Source: Eukaryota sp. TZLM1-RC (lineage: Eukaryota; Protista; Metamonada: BaSk clade). From it: a stretch of DNA of 64,000 bases. Positions 58,229-64,000 of the stretch are shown here, in pieces (the stretch's first letter is position 1; each line of letters opens with the position of its first letter). The stretch covers positions 248,001 to 312,000 of the forward strand of contig JAUPSS010000005.1 of assembly GCA_040285825.1 (NCBI GenBank), in the 5' to 3' direction. The position numbers were made by a program, and so were the translations under genes. The notes beneath the pieces were generated by a model. That model made no database searches. It was not told the DNA's origin and was given only the letters and a program-made list of their open reading frames with translations.

Positions 58229-59479
58229 CTATAGATTTAAATCTAAATCCAAATCATCATCCTCTATTCTGGGAACTGACATAGGAGGTTCAAAAAGTGG
58301 TCTCATTACCCTCTTCTTTAACAAACTCTTTTCATTAAATAATTCATCGTCCTTCTTCTTTTCCTCTTTTGATCTTCCCAATGGAGTGTCTGGATCGATT
58401 GAAAACTTAAATGGTGTGGGTTTGAGAGGTGTGGAAGGCTGAGGAGCAGCAACACGTGATGAAACGTGAGGGACAGAAATGATTGATTGGGGATTTGATT
58501 GGGACAGGCAGGCTGAATTGAGTCTAAAGTTTTCAAACTGTTCTTGTGAAATGTACGCGCAAAGTGGAGGTTTTTCGTTAAAATTCACTGTATGACTACA
58601 CTCTTCAATTTCCACTTCACTATCCAAAAATTGGGCAACGAATTGCGTAATTGATTGATCAATTGCTGATGTTAGATTACTATTCATATGAAGCCATTTA
58701 GTAGTGATATTCAATGGAGAGTTGAAGATAAGATAATTTCCTGGGGAATGGCTTCGAGTACGAATGTAATCAATCAAGCAATCATTATCACGTGACTGTC
58801 TGACTGTTTGATTGGAAATGGTTCCAGTCAAGTACTCCAATTGCAAACGTGCCAATCGTAGCAGTTTTTTTCGTGTCGAATACAATTGATCAAGGTAATA
58901 GTGATACTGCGAAAGATTTGCCAATATTGTCGTTTGGGGAACTATAGGAGAAACACAACCTCCAGCATCTCTCTTGACCAGGCCCAAAGGTTCGAGGATG
59001 TTAATTGCAGTACTGATCCTTCTTCTGTCATGGGATGTCAACTGTTCTAGCTGGCGTCGTGAGAGAGCTGTTGGAGTATGGGAAATGAGTGCTTTGAACA
59101 CGTCCTGACCTACGACCTCCACACTCTTTTTGTCACGTTTTCTGCGTGTTGAATCTCGTTGAGATGGTTGTGAAGATTGAGAGGGTTGTGAAGAGGGTGT
59201 TAGGGGTGTGGGTGGGGGTCTTGCACTTGAGCTCTTGACAGATGTAGGAGGAGTGAATGCCGAAGATGGAGAGGTTTGAACAGTCCCAGTCCTCTTGTGG
59301 GTAGGTGGGCGTGTAAAAAGGGCGTCAGGCATTGTCAGGTATGCCGGTAATAAAACCGGCAAAATACTTTCCCAACTATCAATATTGTATATTTCAGTGT
59401 TCATTTCACTGACGATAGCATTGGAGGCACAGGCTACGTGGATGACTTGAGTTATAAATGACTTGTCTTGACAAATCAT
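58229..59479 (-). CDS. E2F/DP-like winged-helix protein (start may be 59332)
   Basis: RRRISTAINILEPLGLVKR resembles the E2F motif RRIYDITNVLEGIGLI; S/T-P-rich N-terminus and basic patch. Confidence 0.65.
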   Translation of the reverse strand: MICQDKSFITQVIHVACASNAIVSEMNTEIYNIDSWESILPVLLPAYLTMPDALFTRPPTHKRTGTVQTSPSSAFTPPTSVKSSSARPPPTPLTPSSQPSQSSQPSQRDSTRRKRDKKSVEVVGQDVFKALISHTPTALSRRQLEQLTSHDRRRISTAINILEPLGLVKRDAGGCVSPIVPQTTILANLSQYHYYLDQLYSTRKKLLRLARLQLEYLTGTISNQTVRQSRDNDCLIDYIRTRSHSPGNYLIFNSPLNITTKWLHMNSNLTSAIDQSITQFVAQFLDSEVEIEECSHTVNFNEKPPLCAYISQEQFENFRLNSACLSQSNPQSIISVPHVSSRVAAPQPSTPLKPTPFKFSIDPDTPLGRSKEEKKKDDELFNEKSLLKKRVMRPLFEPPMSVPRIEDDDLDLDLNL

Positions 59480-59534
59480 GCTTTGTCATATACAAACTGT
59501 ATATTAAAGAAAGCCTGTAATCTCAATCATCATC

Positions 59535-59978
59535 ATGTACAGTTACAATACAGGTCATGTTTATGCGGAGACACAGCCACTCATCGGTTGTGGAGAGAGG
59601 TCTACTTATCTGACGTCTGACGTTGTTGGGAATTACAAGGAAACACTTGAACCAACTTTAGAAACGTGTGTATCCATCAATTCAAAACCGAATCAACAAG
59701 ACCCTTGTCTTCAACACTCAGAAGGTCTTTACCCAAATGTTGAGGTTCAATCACCCATAGTAATACCACAACAAGATCCTGATGGAGATGATTTGACTGG
59801 TTCAATCGTGTTATCACTGTTTGGACTCTTCTTCCCTCCACTATGGCTCTTACTCTTACAGTACCTCTCGAGTAACAACAGAGTGGCGAGAACCTTGGGA
59901 CAAATGAGTTTAGTTTGCTTTGTTATAGTGCTTTTTGTAATGTTCAGCTTTCTATTCTTTGCCATGGAATACACTTGA
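59535..59978 (+). CDS. Small membrane protein with two C-terminal hydrophobic segments
   Basis: 147 aa; LFGLFFPPLWL..Y...N..ARTLG..S..C motif. Confidence 0.7.
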   Translation: MYSYNTGHVYAETQPLIGCGERSTYLTSDVVGNYKETLEPTLETCVSINSKPNQQDPCLQHSEGLYPNVEVQSPIVIPQQDPDGDDLTGSIVLSLFGLFFPPLWLLLLQYLSSNNRVARTLGQMSLVCFVIVLFVMFSFLFFAMEYT

Positions 59979-60037
59979 ATATACCAATTTATTAATTAAT
60001 TAACACAAAAAAAACTATTTATATTAAATAAAACAAA

Positions 60038-62743
60038 CTAAATTACTAATAAACCTAATGCATTTTCTATCAATGCCTGTGATTCCATTAGATTGTGATT
60101 AAATGACTTTGATATAGTGTTCTTTCTGGTCTTAACCAAAAGATCAAGTTTATCTGGACAAAGATCCTTGACATGGGATGCATGGTGTTTAAGGAAACAA
60201 GCTAACCAAGACTCAATCAAATCAATCTTGACTGAACAAGACTGACTGTAAAGATTAATGAAAAACTCCATCAAAAGGTCAATTTCATGGTCATCACCTT
60301 CATATAGTGGAGTAGAAATCGAGGCAAACAAAGAAAATACAAAAGAAATGTTCTGGGATTGAAGGAAAGGAATGACAGAGGAAACATCATTATTAATCAT
60401 TCTGCCCAGTACTGAAGAATTCTTTGAAAGTCCTGATATTTTTGATACTTTAGGGACCATGGTTGACTCATCTTTCTGTTTGAAATCCAAAAAGAAAGGC
60501 GCAGTTGGAGTTTTTGCCGGCACAACTGGTTGATGACGTGATTTGATGACGTCATACATTGGCAAGTCTTTCCAAGTCCTTGAATCATTAGTGAAACCAA
60601 TCAAATCTGATTGAGAAGCAGCAATTTCCTCAAAGGCAGTAATAACATCCTTTTCCGACATATAAACCGTCCCTTCATTTTCTTCAATCATAACGTCATC
60701 CATCACGTGACCACTTTCCTCCTCTCCAGGAAGGGAAACCCTCACCATTGTTTCTACCTTTCTTCTACTCAAAACTTCATACTTTTGACGTGAATACCAT
60801 TCATAAAGTGCAGATTTGCCTGCATGAATTGAGATAATGCTATCAGTATCTAGTGTTAAAAGACCATTAATTGGGCAATTTTGACCGTTTGAAGTGGCGA
60901 TGAAAGCATCAATTAATGATGATGTTACAAGATCAAAAACAAAAAACTCTCCGAATAATGACCCACAAATAAGAGCTGATGACGTGGCATTAAACGTCAT
61001 TGAAGAGATTGGAGCTCGGGAGGAGATCTTTGAATCACGGATTAATGCCTGCCTGAAGGTATCAAAAACCAAAAGTCGACCCTCAATTGTGGAAACACCA
61101 ATCAAATTTGACTGACTACATGACGTCATTGACGTGATAGTTGCCCCTAATTTGATTGAAGTTTTGATAGATTTTGAACTTAAGTCAACAATATAAAGAT
61201 TACCATCAACTCCGGCACAGAAAACAAACTTATTCAAAAGATCAAAATTCAAAGCGATTATTGAGCTAGGAAGCTTGACTTCAAAAGACTTCAAACGAGA
61301 CTGTAATCTATAAATCTCTAATGTAGAACCCTTGACATTTGAGTGGGAAACTGCGACAAATTCTGACCTATTGCTGACATCAACACAATCAATTTGCCCG
61401 TTAATTTTGATTGACTTGACCTCTATCCCACTCTTTGAATCCCAAACCCTAACCCTACTTTCTCCTTCATGTATTGATACCACTGAAGGCCACTCCTGAG
61501 ATCTTCCCATAGCAGCATCTAAACAAGGGGGAAGAGAAGATTCGGTTGACCAGAATCTGGACTGATGGGAAGCAACAAGAGAAAGTTCGAGTGGAGACCC
61601 AGAAGAAAAGGTCAAAATTCGGGTGCCTGCTGACGTGTCAAGCTCAAAAAGAGGAATGATGACGTTGGGGTTGCTTGAAGTTCCAAGACGATGACGTAGC
61701 ACACGTGGATTGATTGAATCTTCAAACACCAAAACAGAAAGTATTCTATACCCTGAAAAGATCAATAAAGGTCGACCATTAATACCAACCAGGTCAGAAT
61801 AAGCTTGACCATCACGTAAATGTTGACGTGATTGTTCAAAAGTCTTTGGAAGTCCAACTATTCTACTAATTTCAGAGGTTCGTTCTTTTAAATTAATAGT
61901 GATTAATCTGGTATTAGCTGTCAACACGTGTAAAAGTGGAGAATTATCTGTTCTGAAAATCATTTTGATTCCAGTAAAAGGTAGTGAGCTTCGTAGAACA
62001 ACTTCACCAGAAAAAATATTAATCAAAGCTACCTGTGGACCAGTAATCACGTCATCAATCACGTCATCAACTGCCTCCTCACCACACTCAGATACTTGCG
62101 GGGAAAAGGCAACTGCAATAACAGAAGTACAAGGACTTTGGGCCAATGAATTGACCACAAAAGACGAAGGAAACAGAGCAGAATCAAAAGAATAAATGAC
62201 TTTTCCAGTCTTGAAATTCACCAAATTGAGAAAACAATCTCCTCCAATTATAACTTTATTTACCAAACCTGGAGGGTGAAGTAAACAAGTACCATTGGGG
62301 GTAGTAGAATGGGAATGGTGAAGGGAAAAGGTTTGCTGGCGAGAGGAGGAGGGATCGTCGACAGTGGTGGAAAGTTCATAGAGGTTAAGTGTACCGTCAG
62401 TAGAGTAAGAAAGGAAATGGGTGTTGAGGGAGAGTAGAGAGGCTATGTGGGCATGAGAAGAGAGGACGACAGAAGTTGTTTGAGATCCAGGTGTCCACGA
62501 GTAGACAGAATTGGATATAGAAAAGACTAAAACTCGCTTCACCCATATCATGTGACTGATAGGTCCAGGAAGAGGAGGACCAGTGTAGAGTATGTGTAAT
62601 CGATCTGTGGAGTAAACAATGAAGGAATGTTCAACTGCCGCAGCAATCATAGATGAGTTGCCTTGGGTATGAAGTGCCAGTGGACCAGTGGCAACAGCCC
62701 CATGTGTTCGTAAAGGTGCATATAAAGCTGATGAAGCAACCAT
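60038..62743 (-). CDS. UTP21: WD40 protein UTP21/WDR36 (SSU processome)
   Basis: N-terminal LYAPLRTHG, LLHPPGLVNKVIIG, late APFFL motif, helical C-terminus; 901 aa. Confidence 0.85.
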   Translation of the reverse strand: MVASSALYAPLRTHGAVATGPLALHTQGNSSMIAAAVEHSFIVYSTDRLHILYTGPPLPGPISHMIWVKRVLVFSISNSVYSWTPGSQTTSVVLSSHAHIASLLSLNTHFLSYSTDGTLNLYELSTTVDDPSSSRQQTFSLHHSHSTTPNGTCLLHPPGLVNKVIIGGDCFLNLVNFKTGKVIYSFDSALFPSSFVVNSLAQSPCTSVIAVAFSPQVSECGEEAVDDVIDDVITGPQVALINIFSGEVVLRSSLPFTGIKMIFRTDNSPLLHVLTANTRLITINLKERTSEISRIVGLPKTFEQSRQHLRDGQAYSDLVGINGRPLLIFSGYRILSVLVFEDSINPRVLRHRLGTSSNPNVIIPLFELDTSAGTRILTFSSGSPLELSLVASHQSRFWSTESSLPPCLDAAMGRSQEWPSVVSIHEGESRVRVWDSKSGIEVKSIKINGQIDCVDVSNRSEFVAVSHSNVKGSTLEIYRLQSRLKSFEVKLPSSIIALNFDLLNKFVFCAGVDGNLYIVDLSSKSIKTSIKLGATITSMTSCSQSNLIGVSTIEGRLLVFDTFRQALIRDSKISSRAPISSMTFNATSSALICGSLFGEFFVFDLVTSSLIDAFIATSNGQNCPINGLLTLDTDSIISIHAGKSALYEWYSRQKYEVLSRRKVETMVRVSLPGEEESGHVMDDVMIEENEGTVYMSEKDVITAFEEIAASQSDLIGFTNDSRTWKDLPMYDVIKSRHQPVVPAKTPTAPFFLDFKQKDESTMVPKVSKISGLSKNSSVLGRMINNDVSSVIPFLQSQNISFVFSLFASISTPLYEGDDHEIDLLMEFFINLYSQSCSVKIDLIESWLACFLKHHASHVKDLCPDKLDLLVKTRKNTISKSFNHNLMESQALIENALGLLVI

Positions 62744-62939
62744 TATTGAGGATGTTCAATTTTTGTTCAACTCCACAAAACAGATGCAAAAATCTCAATT
62801 AAATTCAATTGTGGTTTTCGTTTTGTGCGCATAATTATTAAATCATTCTTTCACCACACCACTTCTTCCACCAACACTGTTCTGTTTACCAACACTTGAA
62901 CGAACACTATAATAAAAGATGAATCGATAATATCATGTT

Positions 62940-63770
62940 TTTTTTTCAAAAAAACTGGAATATTTATTGAGATAAAAATAACCATCTAGAATTCAATATC
63001 CTCCAAACAAGCGTCACTATTACTGAACCTACTCACAGCATTACGTTCATATTCTACACCAATAGCTAAAAGTGCCTTTGAAATCATTGTTGGAATAGAC
63101 TTGAAAATGCAAAAAACAATTCTATTTAACCAGAAAGTGGAGTTCATTGTTTTACCAGACCTATTCAGTAACACTTTTTTAAAATTTTCCAAAAAGTGCA
63201 AGCCTGAAGGTCCAATATTGCCAAAAAGAGAAATTGCAAACGGCACAAACTGATATTTCACATGTTCCACTCTACCTAACTGTGCCAAAGGTTCTTCATA
63301 TTTTTTTATCTTCTTTTTTTCGGCGTTAGATAACGGCGAGTCAGCGGAATACACTAAACGAGCAGCAGAATTTTTGCAAACATCCACTGAGACAACGTCT
63401 ACAACATTGAGAACACCATCGATCCCTGGAGCTACTAAATCTGCCCTTCTTTTACCAAAGGAATCATCAGTTTGATGTGAAGACAGCTTACGTACTAGTG
63501 GCTCAATAAATGCCTCTATATTGAAACTTTTGCACATGGCATATAATTGATCACGAACTGAGTCATGAACAAGTGAGCGATAAGTTATAAAATACTTACA
63601 GTTTAAAATATGGGAAAGCGTAACAACACTCTTGCAGCGACAAATTAAATCATTTGGCAATGAACAAGGCCATAGAAAACATCTCAATCTCATTGCAGTG
63701 GTCCATTGGTGATCATTAAGTAGAAGGCCTAGTTTTGGAACTATTAGTTATGTGGTGAGTATTAGCACTT
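62940..63770 (-). mobile_element. CRE-like family D 3' fragment with A tail
   Basis: ORF 62986..63693 has the zinc motif and RLE; close copy of 18461-19186. Confidence 0.88.
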
Positions 63771-63881
63771 TTAGTTACAATTTAAATCACCTCAAATACT
63801 ACCATCACTAATATTATATATTATTATATACATTATTATATAAATATTATTCAATAGTATTTACACACATTATTATCAACC

Positions 63882-64000
63882 ATGCACATTCAAAACAGTG
63901 AAGGTTCAGAAATAGGTAATTGCCCAGAAAATCTTCCTTCTCAAGAGTCCGAACCTGAATCCAAGGGAATAGGTTTCACTCATAGCAGCGTGGACGTCTT
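63882..64000 (+). CDS. Possible start of an ORF running off the window
   Basis: ATG 63882 is open to the end (MHIQNSEGSEIGNCPENLP...), and GC rises after an AT tract. Confidence 0.3.
   Translation, partial: MHIQNSEGSEIGNCPENLPSQESEPESKGIGFTHSSVDV

Noticed and set aside
1-64000. Spliced-leader, tRNA, rRNA or telomeric target arrays expected near CRE-clade elements
   Set aside because: None recognised in the window.

Overview
Eukaryotic genomic DNA in the standard code, from an AT-rich, intron-poor protist. The fused branch-point/3' splice-site geometry resembles Metamonada, but the taxon cannot be fixed from sequence alone. About 14 host genes sit as compact islands: S9 peptidase, eEF2, Ubl-kinesin-14, DUF4211 protein, NSE1, a coiled-coil protein, Trk K+ transporter, VPS52, IDI1, UBA1, an E2F-like protein, UTP21 and two small unknowns. 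The spacers are packed with mobile DNA: about 7 families of 5'-truncated, often nested CRE-like RLE non-LTR retrotransposons (three with 12-14 bp TSDs), a HERO-like fragment, a full-length Ty3/Gypsy element with 79-bp LTRs, a second deleted Gypsy, two solo LTRs, a candidate bipartite SINE, and four decayed Fanzor (eukaryotic TnpB) genes. Signals not in the ORF track: a U18/snR18-type C/D snoRNA inside a predicted 5'-UTR intron of eEF2; a 31-nt intron; a ~75-bp promoter/leader module shared in inverted orientation by two unrelated convergent genes; and a dense TGACGT cluster inside the UTP21 coding sequence. All calls are from visual reading; family letters A-G are my own labels.
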